Origin: Felis catus
Lineage: Eukaryota
Length of the DNA stretch: 64,000 nt
Direction of reading: 5' to 3'
NCBI RefSeq assembly: GCF_018350175.1
Contig: NC_058368.1
Coordinates: forward strand, 46,998,001-47,062,000
Made by a program: the position numbers and the translations under genes. The notes beneath the pieces were generated by a model that was not told the DNA's origin, did not search any database, and worked only from the letters and a program-made list of their open reading frames with translations. Shown one piece after another: positions 39,778 through 51,949 of the stretch; within the stretch, counting starts at the first letter, position 1, and each line of letters opens with the position of its first letter.

Positions 39778-39878
39778 ATAAATTCCATGAGGGCAGAGGT
39801 TCTTTTTCACAGATGGCTCCCCAGTGCCTAGAACTGGGAATTATTAGCACTGAATAAAACTTCATTGAATGGATGAAT
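39778..39878 (+). mobile_element. L2 3' end
   Basis: TTCCATGAGGGCAG...CCCCAGTGCCTAGAAC...TTGAATGGATGAAT. Confidence 0.7.
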
Positions 39879-40275
39879 ATCTGGGTTTCCAAATACAAAA
39901 GGCTTACTACCCCTTCTGACCAACAAACTTTTGCTAAATGCTTTCAAAATGAATTAGTCCTTTCTCTACCATATTTAAAGGAACTATCCTAGATCGTTCA
40001 GGACTATCTATGCAACTCTCAGTGATAATATTCTCTGTACACACAAATAGGAAAGGTTTTTCTTATTAGGCAGATGCAGTTTGCTCTGCTTTTTAACTCA
40101 TTTCTTTGCCTTCTATGCTAACTCTATTTGCTTAGTACAAATTTAGTGTGCATCTGCTGTGTCAGGCATTATCTAGCTCCTGGGAATATAATATGGGGGG
40201 GAGGGGAATACCAAAAAAATACTTTTCCTATCATTATGAAGTCAACCATTATGGGAAAGTACTGGGAAAGGCAGA

Positions 40276-40394
40276 GAGGTGCCTGGGTGGCTCAGTCAGT
40301 TAAGTGTCTGACTGTTGCTTTCAGCATGATTTCATGGTTTATGAGTTTGAGCCCCACTTTGGGTTCCATGCTGACAGTGCAGAACCTGCTTGGG

Positions 40395-40444
<50 letters not shown>

Positions 40445-40547
40445 CCCCCCCTTCTCTCTCTCTCTCTCTCTCTCTCCCTCTCTCTCAACCACTCCCCTGC
40501 TCACATACACTCTCTCTCTCAAAGTAAATAAATAAACTTAAAAAAAA
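40276..40547 (+). mobile_element. Can-SINE with expanded (CT)n
   Basis: Degenerate TSD TACTG(G/A)GAAA(G/T)GCAGA. Confidence 0.95.
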
Positions 40548-40689
40548 TACTGAGAAATGCAGATATTAAGCAAATAAAGAAAACTATGGTAAATGTTATG
40601 AAAGAAAGTACAGGACACAAAAATGTAACAGCAGGCATCATGGCAATGAGCAGGCACAGAAAAGGTTTTAATCTGATGTAGATAACAGT

Positions 40690-40880
40690 ATAATGCATCT
40701 GAGTCCTTACTATTCACTCTTCTAAGGATTTTACATGTAATCACCATCATGACAACTCTATGAGGTAGTTACTATCATAATTCCCATTTTACAGGTGAGA
40801 AAAAGAAGCATAGAATGTATTTGTAAATTTACATAGTCAGCAAGTAGCTGTGATATAAACCCAGTCAATCTGTCTCCAGA
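40690..40880 (-). mobile_element. MIR
   Basis: ACAACTCTATGAGGTAG...CCCATTTTACAGGTGAGAAAA. Confidence 0.75.
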
Positions 40881-40917
40881 ATACTATGGTATATTGCATT
40901 TCTAGAACAATGTCTAT

Positions 40918-41410
40918 GAAAATAGCTAACATTTATAGTATGCTTATTATATTCAGGCATTATATGAAGGCTTTATGGAGATATCTTTCTTAATTCTCAC
41001 ACAACCCTATGAGGTAGATACTATTGTTGCAGATTGAAACACGTGGACATGACATTTTCTGGTTCCTCCTATCAATAGATGGAGTCTATTAACCACCCCT
41101 TAATCGGAGGCCATTCTTATACCCTCCATTCCTAACTAGTCCACCTGCTGACTGCAGCTACCTGAGTGAGCCCAGGAAAAACCAGCAGAAGAATCATCCA
41201 ATCAACCCACAGAATGGTGGGAAATAGTAAGTTGCTTTAACTACTGATTTCTGAAGCAGAAAGGTACGTAGCCATGGAGAGCTGCTACAGTTATTTGTAT
41301 CCCCAGTTAGAGAAAGTATGTTGTCCAGAGTCACAGGGCCAGTAGTTGATGTAGAATTCAGATCCACATTGCACCGCCACAGTCCAAAGTGCTTGGCCCC
41401 CATACTGTAC
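40918..41410. mobile_element. MIR (-) interrupted by an MLT1H-like LTR fragment (+, about 41025-41260)
   Basis: MIR text stops at TGAGGTAGATACTAT and resumes near 41295. Between lies MLT1-like CCTGCTGACTGCAGC...TGAGTGAGCCCAGG...CCAGCAGAAGAA. Confidence 0.6.
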
Positions 41411-41724
41411 CACATTTCCGGTGAGTGGGAGTTAACCAGGTCGGGAGATAGGGAAGTGGGGAAAGGAAAGATTGTTGACACAGTTGCAGAGAGCAGTGAG
41501 AATCTCACCTGCAAACTCCCAGATGTGAGAACAGAAAGACGTGGTGTGGCTGCAAGTCTGAAGGACACCAGAGGTGTCACAGGCAGTCAGGGGTCACACC
41601 ATAGCCCTTGCATCTGGCTGCAGAAGTGGTGAGCAGACACTCACTTCTGCATTCTGACGAGGGTGATTTTTTTTTAATATCTGTAAATTTTTTAACACCT
41701 CTCTTCCCTGACACCCTTACCCAC

Positions 41725-42623
41725 CCACCCCCAAAATGGTAGAGTCTAATTCCTCTCCTCTAAACCATGGGCTGACCTTAGAGGTTCGCTTCTGAGAAAT
41801 GGCATGTTGCAAAAGTGAATATTATGGACTGAATGTTTATGACCCCCCTCAAATTCATTCCTTGAATCCCTAGTCCTCAATGTGATGGTATTAAAAGGTG
41901 GGATCTTTAGGAAGTAATTAGGTTTTTACATATAGGTAATTATATGAGGTCATGGGGCTAGAGACCTCATAACGGGATTAATGCTCCTAAAAGAATCAGA
42001 GGAGAGATAAGAGTTTCTTTTCTCTGCCATGTGAAGATACCCACAAGGCAGGAAAAGGTCTGTCACAAGAACTTGAGCATGCCGGCAGCCTGATCTCAGC
42101 CCACAGAACTGTGAGAAACGTCTCTTGTTTAAGCCACTCAATCCATTTTGAGTATCTTGTTATAGCAGCCAGGGCTGATTAAGATGGTGATGCTGTGTGA
42201 CTTCAAATAGCTCATGAAGCCGTTCAGCTACCTCCTGGCACCACCCCCACCTCCAGAACATACTCCATGGGATCCTGATGCTAACATGCCAGTAGTCTGG
42301 CTACCCTGGAGCCATCATGCTGGAGAGACCACGTGGAGAGAACACAAGCAAAGAGAGAACAAAGCCCAAGGAGTGCCAGCTGTTTCAAACAAACCTGTTT
42401 CAGTGGACCCAGCCCAAGTGCTAGCTGGGTGAGTGAACCAGCCTGCAAGTGGTTCCAGCCCTAGCCTTCAAACCTCCTCCGATACCAAGTCTAGTGGAGA
42501 CGTCCCATCCCCACTGAGCCTTACCCCAATTTCAGATCCATCAACTGCACAATAAAAGCAGTTGATGTTTTAAGCCACGAAGAATGAGGGTGGTTTGTTA
42601 CACAGCAGAAGGTAACTGGGACA
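41725..42623 (+). mobile_element. MLT1F/G-like LTR hosting a nested MLT1A-like LTR
   Basis: GTAGAGTCTAATTCCTCTCC... ending GGTGGTTTGTTACACAGCAG...AACTGGGACA. Confidence 0.75.
41820..42186 (+). mobile_element. MLT1A/A0-like solo LTR (nested)
   Basis: TATTATGGACTGAATGTTT...GTTATAGCAGCC...GATTAAGATG; 5-bp TSD GTGAA/GTGAT. Confidence 0.85.
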
Positions 42624-43314
42624 CTACCAGTGTGTCGCTCTCAGTAGCCATCCTCTTCCTTCTAATTGGCTGTTTCTAATACGGTTTAAGAAGCAGGTAA
42701 ACAGACATGTTGAAATTCTGGTTTTATTTTTTTAAAAAAAGGTAAAAATACACTACGACAGATCCAGAGTTCCCTTTTTTGAATGAAGTGTGGGACTTTT
42801 GTGTGTGAATTACGCAGTATTGTGTGTGAATTGTCCAGATTTTTCTGGAGCACTTTTGTGCTTGTGTTCTAGATTTTAGTAGTTCCCCCCCGTCCAAGGT
42901 AGACTGTTGAACTCTAGATAAGAAGATAGTAATATTTGTATTACGTTCTTTTCCTCAAAACTCTATTTTTTCAGACCGCACTTAAGATAGTTTAGTAAAG
43001 AAGAAACCTACTTGTTCATACCAATTCTTCTTTTTATGATGTGAAAACAATCTGGGTTAGGAATAATTCCTGAAATGTAGAGCCCACACAGATGCTAATT
43101 CTAGCCCCCTTTGATTTTTGGAGCAAAGATTCCACAATCAATCTACAGATGCTGATAGCACTGAAATCTTTGCTTTTATTCAATTAAGCAGTTTTAAGGA
43201 CCCAGTTAAAACATGAAAACAGACTAAGAAAAAATAACTTTCCTGTGGGACTCAAGCTCTCCACAGCAGAGTCATTCACTTTTTATGATCGTTATAATTA
43301 TTAGTAGTGATGGT

Positions 43315-43535
43315 GATAATAATATATCATTTATATAGCACTTTAGAATTGCACAGAGCTTTCCGACCATCATTTATTAGCTAATCTTCAGAACACTCTT
43401 CAGCAATAAGTCAGTATTTCTGCCTCCATTTAACAGGTAGGAAATTGAGGCACAGTAGGCTCGAGCCACTTGTCGAAAGCCAGTGGTTAAAACATTAGTT
43501 CCTGACCCGAGTTGAATGCTGTCTCTATAACATGA
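43315..43535 (-). mobile_element. MIR
   Basis: CATTTATATAGCACTTTA...CCATTTAACAGGTAGGAAATTGAGGCACAG. Confidence 0.75.
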
Positions 43536-43749
43536 CTGAAATTATCTCTCACCAGTCTGGATCTCATGCAACAACTCTTGCTTACTGCTTCTGACCAACG
43601 TGACTGTGAGCTCGATTTTGAAAACAGATTCTCTGATTTTTTAGGATGTAATCTTAAGAAGGTTTGCCCAAGATGATGGAAGACAAAAATAAATGACAAC
43701 AAAAATAGTTATACCTCTATGTGTGTAAGTGACTGATGGGCTTTTGGGG

Positions 43750-44704
43750 TGATGGTGGGGGGTTCAGAGCCGACAGCCAAGAGAGAATTAATTATTAAAG
43801 ACATCTTTGGTGCCAAAAGGTGATTTTATTAAAGCATGGGGACAGGACCTGTGGGCAGAAAGAGCTGCACTGGGGTTGTGACGGGTAACTGACTATATAC
43901 CCTCAGGTTAGGAGGGGGTCGGGGACAGTTTAAGTCTCTAAGGAATTTTGGAAGCAAGGTTTCCAGGACCTTGTGGAGTTAGCTGCTGTTAGGCAAATGC
44001 CATTTATTACCGTTTAGTAAAACCTCAGTCATGAGACCCTTCAGATGTGTATCAGGAGGGCATAAGCTTGGAGTATGATTGCCAGCATATATCTTGGGGA
44101 AGTTGAGATAAAGGGAGTTTCCAAAGGAATTTTTATATGTTAAAGTAGACTTTGGGGCGCCTGGGTGGCACAGTCGGTTACGCGTCCGACTTCAGCCAGG
44201 TCATGATCTCGCGGTCCGTGAGTTCGAGCCCCGCGTCAGGCTCTGGGCTGATGGCTCGGAGCCTGGAGCCTGTTTCCGATGCTGTGTCTCCCTCTCTCTC
44301 TGCCCCTCCCCTGTTCATGCTCTGTCTCTCTCTGTCCCAAAAATAAATAAACGTTGGAAAAAAAATTAAAAAAAAAAAAGTAGACTTATAGGATCCTGGG
44401 GGTCAGGATAATGTTAAGCCAAGATTCCCTTTTGCCCCTAGCAAAGTGTCATCATGGAGGCAGCTGAGCTCCTAGAGGGAGGTCACTCTGTTTCAAGGAT
44501 TTGCCAACGGCCTGTAGGCAGTAAGCAAATTTAGTTTTTCATTTGCCTTAGCTTCCCACTTCACCATGGCAAGCACTTAATCCCCTTTCCTTTGTTCTTG
44601 GGTAGCCAGGAGTGTCCGAGGACTATCACACATATTCCACCTGGGGGTGGGAGTTGGGGGTGCTAGCTTGTACCTTGCCCCCAGCTTGTGTTATGCTCCC
44701 TCCC
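43750..44704 (-). mobile_element. Carnivore ERV1-type solo LTR, split by a young SINE
   Basis: About 730 bp of GC-richer LTR-like sequence; on the minus strand TATATA (43894-43899) precedes AATAAA (43825-43830). Exact family not determined. Confidence 0.7.
44154..44376 (+). mobile_element. Young Can-SINE (SINEC_Fc)
   Basis: CpG-rich; perfect TSD AAAGTAGACTT (44142-44152 and 44377-44387). Confidence 0.98.
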
Positions 44705-47700
44705 TTACATTACTTTATAAGTAAGCGTTTCAAGGTAAATGTCAGAACTCTTGAAAATAATGGGAGGGTTGAAATATACCAAGTATAACCTTGGATGGTG
44801 GTGGGATTAATCCTCCTCAATTTTGGGAATGGCTTATCCCTCAACAGTGTCTCAGGTACAGCTAAAGAATATATAACATGGAATAATTAAAGTAGATTAA
44901 GTAGGAAATGTCAAATTCAATAGGAAATGTTACTACAGTTTTCAGATCCATGCCAGAGGCAAATTTTAAATCTCTGTTATTGGAAATACTGAAGATACCT
45001 AAATTTTACTAATATGGTGCCGTGGCCATTACCCTAATTATTCATTTCCCTGGAGATCATGTAAGCACTGTGCATACTATCTTGGGATGTGTTTCTTTCT
45101 AGAGAAGTCTCCACTTCCGCTTTCTCTATGTCTCCCCCATGTCTTACTTCCCTACCCAACTAACACAACACAATCAGTGTTTAGCTAATGTGGACCACCT
45201 AGGTTTCCCCAGTGCAAACTGATATTTTGTTCCCAAACAGTGGGATGAAAGAGAATATCTTAATATGCTCTTGCAAAACTCATTGAAACTTGACATTTGT
45301 GCTTTTAGCACAAATATGACAAGGCAAGGACCCATTCTCCTGGCCTCCCCTTACAAATGCCCATCACCCAGCATCCACTTCATGTCGGGTCCTGCCGATC
45401 GTGCCCTGTGGCTGACACACCAGCCCACACACACACAAGTATGGCACAGTCTCTGTGGAGTCAGGAGACTTCTTTTCTTTTGTTGGCTTCCTCATCCTCC
45501 AAGCAAGAATTCAAACGTCAATCAATTTTAGTTAGATTTCATGGAGAGCATCATAAAAATGGTAACCAATCCAATTGCAAATCACTTGATGAATCTTCTT
45601 TGAAGAGTTGCCAATAATGCTAATCGTCAAATGGTTGAATCCAGCTTTGTAAAGATGCGTTTGTAAAGAACAGCAATCGCTGTGACTTTGACAAAGGAAC
45701 TGCTGACTTGCATCACTGTTTGTCTTTTGATGTGAAAGAGCAAATCGATTTATAGAGCTTTTGCTTGCAGATGTAGGATATGATTAGTATGCAGAAAGAC
45801 CTTTCCACGGTGTCATTTGTTTATTTAGCCGCCGCTGCACCCGGCTCTGATTGTGTATACCTAATTAATGTATACAAAGCTAAAAGAAATAAAACCATGG
45901 ATCCACAATCACAGGACACTGTAGAGCATTTTGTTTGTCACCATTTGGTCGGGGGACACTCCAGTTTCACTAGCTGTGCACCAAATCAAGCATGTAGACT
46001 GAGAAAACATAATAAAAATGCAAGAATTTTGCTCATCAAAGTTCTTCTCAGCTATTATAAACTCGGAAAGGTACAAATTAGCCCGTTTAAATAGGGCAAA
46101 GGCGTACTTTCTTTTCCGTCTTGGTATTTGAATTTTTATTCAAAGCAGTTGGTGAGTCTTTACGAAAAGTACCTGTGATTCCTTCCAGAGGTCAAAGTAC
46201 TTTGTAAAACATCCTGTGAGACTTGAAATCTTCCCATTCTTCAAGGCCTCACTGTTCAGATGCTTGGAAATTTTAGCTGAGAAAGAGTTTAAAGTGAAAA
46301 AGCAAAGACGCTAGAGACCTTCATGTCAATAATGAATGATCGATAGAAGTCACACACTCGAACATTGACATTCCGTCAGCAATTCCCTGTTATTCATGCA
46401 CATTTCACATTGTCTGTTCAGGTTCTGTAAGAGACATTGGTAGCAAAATGGCAAAGCTGCTAAAATCTTTAGACTACCAAATAATGAAATCCAGAGTGAC
46501 ATCTAGTGACATCCTACATTAGAAGCACTTGCTTTGCATCTCATAAACCCAGCCACATTATCCAGCGCCACCAATGAGTGGTCCTTCCGGAATGGGGGAC
46601 AGCACTTCCTATCTAGCTGCTGACTAAACTCTACGAGAATTTTCTCAAGTACTAGTTGCCTCCAATGTTTGCCTCAGCCTGATACAAACGTCTCTTATTT
46701 TCTACCACCAAACTATGAAAACTTCAATCGTTGACTCCAAGTTTAAATGGCTCTTTGAATTTCTCCACAGCTTTTCGTTCCATGGCAAGCCAGCCTTTCA
46801 CTACCTCCCGCACTGCTCTGTCTCTGCTTTAGTGTGAACAGCATGCCAGAATCGCTGCCTTAAATCATGCCAGGGAGCTGCCAGAATAGTTCAAACCTCT
46901 CCAAGAGCAGAAGCCAAGGGAGCTGTTATCTTATTGCTGAAACCCAGAACATGCTATCCCATCTAAATCACTGGTGTCATGGTCTCATTTGCAATGAAAT
47001 TTCTTTGATCTTTTTTCCTAGCGTATTGGGGATTTTTTTTTTTCCAAAAGGGCTTGTTCTGAATAATATGGCCATTTCAGAAACTGAGAAAAGAAAATTT
47101 AAATAGAAGAGATGAAACTCACATAGCGTGAAAAATAAAAGATTCAACATATATGCCTTTCATGGACTTTAGACTTCTTAACAATGGTTCTTTAACCTGG
47201 TGTGGACCTCATCCGGAGCATAACAAAGGCATGTTCGATAAACTTTTCAATACAATGAATATGTCTTTTTTTTTTAAGTATCCCTTTGAAAAGGGAAGTA
47301 TCTATTCCCGTTTCCCTAGACTCCTCCTCACATGGGACATGAAGAGTGTGTCACACATAAAATAAATTCCCAAGTAAGAGGTGCAATCGTCTGTGGGCAA
47401 GAAACATGCTTCCTGCTATAGCCAAAATTAAAAATAGAATGATATGAGTCTCCCTTGTGATTTTGTAACAAAAAAAGAATTAAATGATGCTCCCACCTAA
47501 ATATTATAAAAATTGTTGGGTAAAGAAGTCTGATGGTATTAAAAACAAAATTCATCTAGGTGTTCAAGTATGAGATACTTACATTAATTAATAGTGAGAT
47601 TCTGCATGGTAAGTGCTGAGGGGAAAATAAGAAATAAGCCAGGAAATTTCCTTAAAATCCTGTCTTCAAGTTACATCTAAAGATATCAATTGCAGCCAAG

Positions 47701-47814
47701 GCTCACACCAAGAGAGATATATTTCCAATTACTGAGACTCAGTTTATGTTTCTGTGAGCTCCTTGTTTCTGCTTTGAACTTCACAAGATGGCACTTTATT
47801 TCAAATCATCCTAT

Positions 47815-48140
47815 GGGGCACCTGGGTGACTCAGTGGGTTAAGCATCCGACTCTTTTTTTTTTTTAATTTTTTTTTTAATGTTTATTTATTTTTGAGACA
47901 GAGAGAGACAGAGCATGAACAGGGGAGGGTCAGAGAGAGAGGGAGACACAGAATCTGAAGCAGGCTCCAGGCTCTGAGCTGTCAACACAGAGCCCGATGC
48001 GGGGCTCGAACTCACGGACCATGAGATCATGACCTGAGCCGAAGTCGGACGCCCAACCGACTGAGCCACCCAGGCGCCCCTAAGCATCCGACTCTTGATT
48101 TCAACTCACGTCATGATCTCAAAATTAAAATACAAAAAAA
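47815..48140 (+). mobile_element. Internally deleted Can-SINE (host of nested SINE)
   Basis: Head at 47815-47855 resumes after the nested copy at 48097, then jumps from CATGATCTC to an A-rich tail. Confidence 0.85.
47856..48080 (-). mobile_element. Young Can-SINE nested in another SINE
   Basis: Perfect 16-bp TSD TAAGCATCCGACTCTT (47840-47855 and 48081-48096). Confidence 0.98.
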
Positions 48141-48184
48141 AATTTTTAAGACATCACAATATTTTCATTTAAGTTCATTTCATT

Positions 48185-48290
48185 TAACCCTTTCATTTTA
48201 CAGATGAAGAAACAGAGGCCTGGAAATTGAAACTCTTTCCTCCAAGGTCCCAATTTTAGCACATAGCATCGGGGTAAGAATTTAGGCTCA
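48185..48290 (-). mobile_element. MIR core
   Basis: CATTTTACAGATGAAGAAACAGAGGCC. Confidence 0.7.
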
Positions 48291-49615
48291 AATTGCAAAT
48301 GATCAATTGCAATTTGCAAATTGATTAGGATTTGCTACAAATTGACAGTATATCATACTGTCACACTTTAAGGATGACCAGAAAGCATAATAACTATTGT
48401 CAGTAATACAACAATAAACTATTTCACAATTTTGTTGATCTGTTCACTTTTTTTTTTTTTTTTTTGCTGTTCTCTGGATTTCTTTGGAATTAATTTCCAG
48501 ATGTGTCCTATATTTAAAGGAAATTATAGGTCCTCTAATTTAAGGAAGTCGGTGTTTTATAGGGGGAAAACACTGACATGAGAGGAAAAGGTATTTCAAG
48601 GTTTTTCAAATATATTTTGATAAGTATTTGGGAGATTCTGAATACCTTTTTATCTGTTTAAAAAAAAACAGACCTTTATACCATGATCTCTAAAGTCTCT
48701 CCTAGCTCTAAAAATTTTACTCAGGATGTGAACATTTACCTTTTTGTACCTAATCTACATATTTTGGAACACAATTCTGTCATTGTCCAGGATAGAAGAT
48801 TGTTTACTCACATAAATAGACAATAGAGGTAAGTTCTATACATTTTTAATATAGTAGCTCATTTTTCCCATGGTATTTCATTAATATTTAAATTGAAACT
48901 ACTCACCAATGATTGAAAAGTTTGCTATATTTAAAAAATGAGCAGCAATCCTCTTTTTCTTAAACATAAATACCAAGAACATGTCTTAGATGGAGACTTT
49001 TCTTCCTCATCTTGCCAGTTTATTCCACCTACTTCTTGGCAAAATATCCCACACAGATTCTTGTCTAATTTTTAGGCACTTGTTTAATATTTAAATATTT
49101 TATGCCATTCTCATTTTTCAATATCTTTAAAGTAAACTATGGAGTAGTAGTATCGCTAAACTCTCTTTTTATCTTTATATCTCTACATTTTCTAAGAGTG
49201 CCAGCTCTTATACATGGCAGGTATTCAATAATGTGTTGTACTGATAAATGCTTACACAAAAATTAGGGTTAGAAGGAATGTTAGAGTTTACTCATCCAGC
49301 TGCCCTATTTTAAGGCCATATGGACAATGAGTCTCCAGATATCCAGTGACTTACCCAATGTGACCTAACCAGTCAAGTGAAGAACCCAGAAGGCCTTCTG
49401 ATAATTCCATATTATTTCTAATATTCTTTTATTTTTTCAAAGATATCTTGGAAACATTCTTCTAAAGCATTCATCCTGTAAATGACGTTTGGATACTTTT
49501 CCTCACAATTAGTTCCCATGTACATTTCACTATTCTCACCCCCAAACCACATGTTCTCCAATTTGTCATGAATCATCTCATCCATGCGATTTGATGAAGC
49601 TGGGAGCCTGGCACA

Positions 49616-50271
49616 TGTGGGAGGCTGAATAATGGCCCCAGAAGATATCCAGATTGTCATCCTCAGAACCTGTGAATGTTTTCACATGACCAAAGAGGCT
49701 TTGCAGATATAATTAGGTGTTTTGAAATGGGATTATTTGGGTGGACCCTAAATGTAATCACAAGTGTCCCCATAGAAGTGAGGTAGGAGGAGATTTGTCT
49801 ACAGAGAAGAAGGCAACACAGGACAGCAAATGGAGCACTGCTGGCTTTGAAGATGGGAGAAGGGGCCAGGATTGTTTTAAAGATGATATATGAGCAATAT
49901 TAATTTTCTTTCTAAGGCCTAAATAATGAAAAGAAAAGTTTCTTATAAGATATGCAAATACATCATTCTCTGGATGAAATTGTTCCACAAAAGAAGTGCA
50001 GGGAGAAAGAGAGATCTGCACTGGAAAACATCCATTTTGTCCTGAGAGGGCATGCATACCAGGAATGCTGTTCCAGAAGCTAGAAAATGCAAGGAGGTGG
50101 ATTCTCCTTGAGCCCCTGGAAGGAGGCTCTGGAAGGTGTGGACACCTTGATCTTACCTCAGTGAAACCGATTTTGGACTTCTTATCCCCAGAGCTGTAAA
50201 AGGATAAATGTGTGCAGTTTTAAGCCACTGTTTGTAGTAATTTGTTACAGTTACGATAAGAAACTATTACA
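49616..50271 (+). mobile_element. MLT1D-like solo LTR containing a 187-bp foreign insert
   Basis: TGTGGGAGGCTGAATAATGGCCCC...GAAACTATTACA; TSD GCACA/GCAGA. Confidence 0.9.
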
Positions 50272-50654
50272 GCAGACTCTGAATGGGTCAAAAAGTCTAG
50301 AGACCTGGCTTGGACTTGGGGAACTCACACCATCTCTCCAGTTGCTTGTTCTACAAATGCCTCTCTGTGGCTGCCAGAAGTGTGATGAAATGTCTCAGTA
50401 TTACATTTTCATTCAAGGAATGTACTTAGTGCGAGGCCACACTGCTCTGCCAGGTACCCGGATAGAGTCTTGGCCACAACTGATGTTACCCTATAGAAAC
50501 CTTGGTGTAAGTTTTTACAAGGTGCTCCTCTAGAAAGATAAATTAGAAACAGTGGAGCCTTCAGAGGAACAATAAAGTCCATTTCTCCCTGAGAGAGAAC
50601 AGTGTTGGAGCAGAGAGCAAGCCTAGATGTTGATCAGATTTTATTGCCACTTGA

Positions 50655-50706
50655 TGCCTGAGCCTTTGTGCAGTGCACATGCTGTGCTACCCTCCACTGT
50701 GCCCTG
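50655..50706 (-). mobile_element. MER91-like hAT fragment
   Basis: CCTTTGTGCAGTGCACA...GCCCTG terminus. Confidence 0.45.
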
Positions 50707-51018
50707 GTCTGAGAGACAGAAATGGAGCCCAACTCAGCTTCCTGTGGAAAGATACAACCTCTCTGTCCCACTATCTTCTATTAGAGACAAATACTTTTGA
50801 GAAGAATTGTTGGCTTCTTAACACCAAATCCCTACAAGTCTTGAAGGCATAAAGAATAATATCTATCAGGACAATATCAGTTACACAGTGTGTCCAAAGT
50901 CACTTTTTAGGTAATTCGTGGTTAAATGTAAGCATGTTGTATTTTTTCCAAGTTGTTTGCTCTCATATTTGAAGACCACAATTACAAAAACTCTAAGCCA
51001 TTTAACCACTTAAATTCC

Positions 51019-51042
51019 TTTAAAACATTGTTTAAATTTATT

Positions 51043-51080
<38 letters not shown>

Positions 51081-51244
51081 TGAGCAGGGGAGGGGTAGAG
51101 AGAGATGGAAACACAGACCTGAAGCAGGCTCCAGGCTCTGAGTTGTCAGCACAGAGCCTAACTCAGGGCTCGAACTCATGAACCATGAGACCCTGACCTG
51201 AGTTGAAGTCGGCCACTTAACTGACTGAGCCACCCAGGTGCCCC
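51019..51244 (-). mobile_element. Can-SINE
   Basis: TSD CCA(C/T)TTAAATTC. Confidence 0.96.
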
Positions 51245-51625
51245 CCACCCATTTAAATTCTAAAATAAAGGAAAATGCATATGTCTATTAAGATAGAAAT
51301 CTTTTAAAATAATTTTTTAAAAAAGAAATCTCCTAGACTTCTCACTAGTGTAATGAAGTTATTGTGCCAGTTAGGTTTCTTTTTATATCAACCTTCTCAA
51401 TGTTGTTTTCTTAGAGCTTGGTAAGAAAGTTTTCTGAATTGTGTCCATCATGAAATTCACATTGGCAAGAAATTACTCTAGTTACCAAACTACAAATCAC
51501 TGTATAAACATATCTCTGGAACAATTCTCACCCCCTAGTTAACACTATTGTGAAAACCTTGTGGGGGTGGGGGTTGTTTTAAAGTAATACCTCTTCATTA
51601 TAGGAACTTTAAACTGTGTGTGCAA

Positions 51626-51836
51626 GGGGCGCCTGGGTGGCTCAGCCAGTTGAGTGTCCGACTTCAGCTCAGGTCATGATCTCGCAGTTCGTGAGTTCGA
51701 GTCTCGGGTCAGGCTCTGTGCTGACAGCTCAGAGCCTGGAGCCTGCTTCAGATTCTGTGTCGCCCTCTCTCTCTGCCCCTTCCCCACTCATGCTCTCTCT
51801 CTGTCTCTCAAAAATGAATAAACGTTAAAAAAAAAA
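51626..51836 (+). mobile_element. Can-SINE
   Basis: Degenerate TSD AAACTGTGT(G/A)T(G/T)CAA. Confidence 0.96.
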
Positions 51837-51949
51837 TTTAAACTGTGTATTCAAGCCAAAGAATAAAACTAAGATAATCTGTAATGTTATAACCAGATAT
51901 CTCCTCTGATAACAATTTTAATAACACTCCTGAATAATAATGAATAATG

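Noticed and set aside
40128..40535. 135-aa ORF with SL repeats
   Set aside because: Reads through an L2-like remnant, a SINE and its (CT)n tract.
40760..41025. Two TGAGGTAG (let-7-like) starts
   Set aside because: Part of the MIR consensus (CCCTATGAGGTAG); no let-7 body or hairpin.
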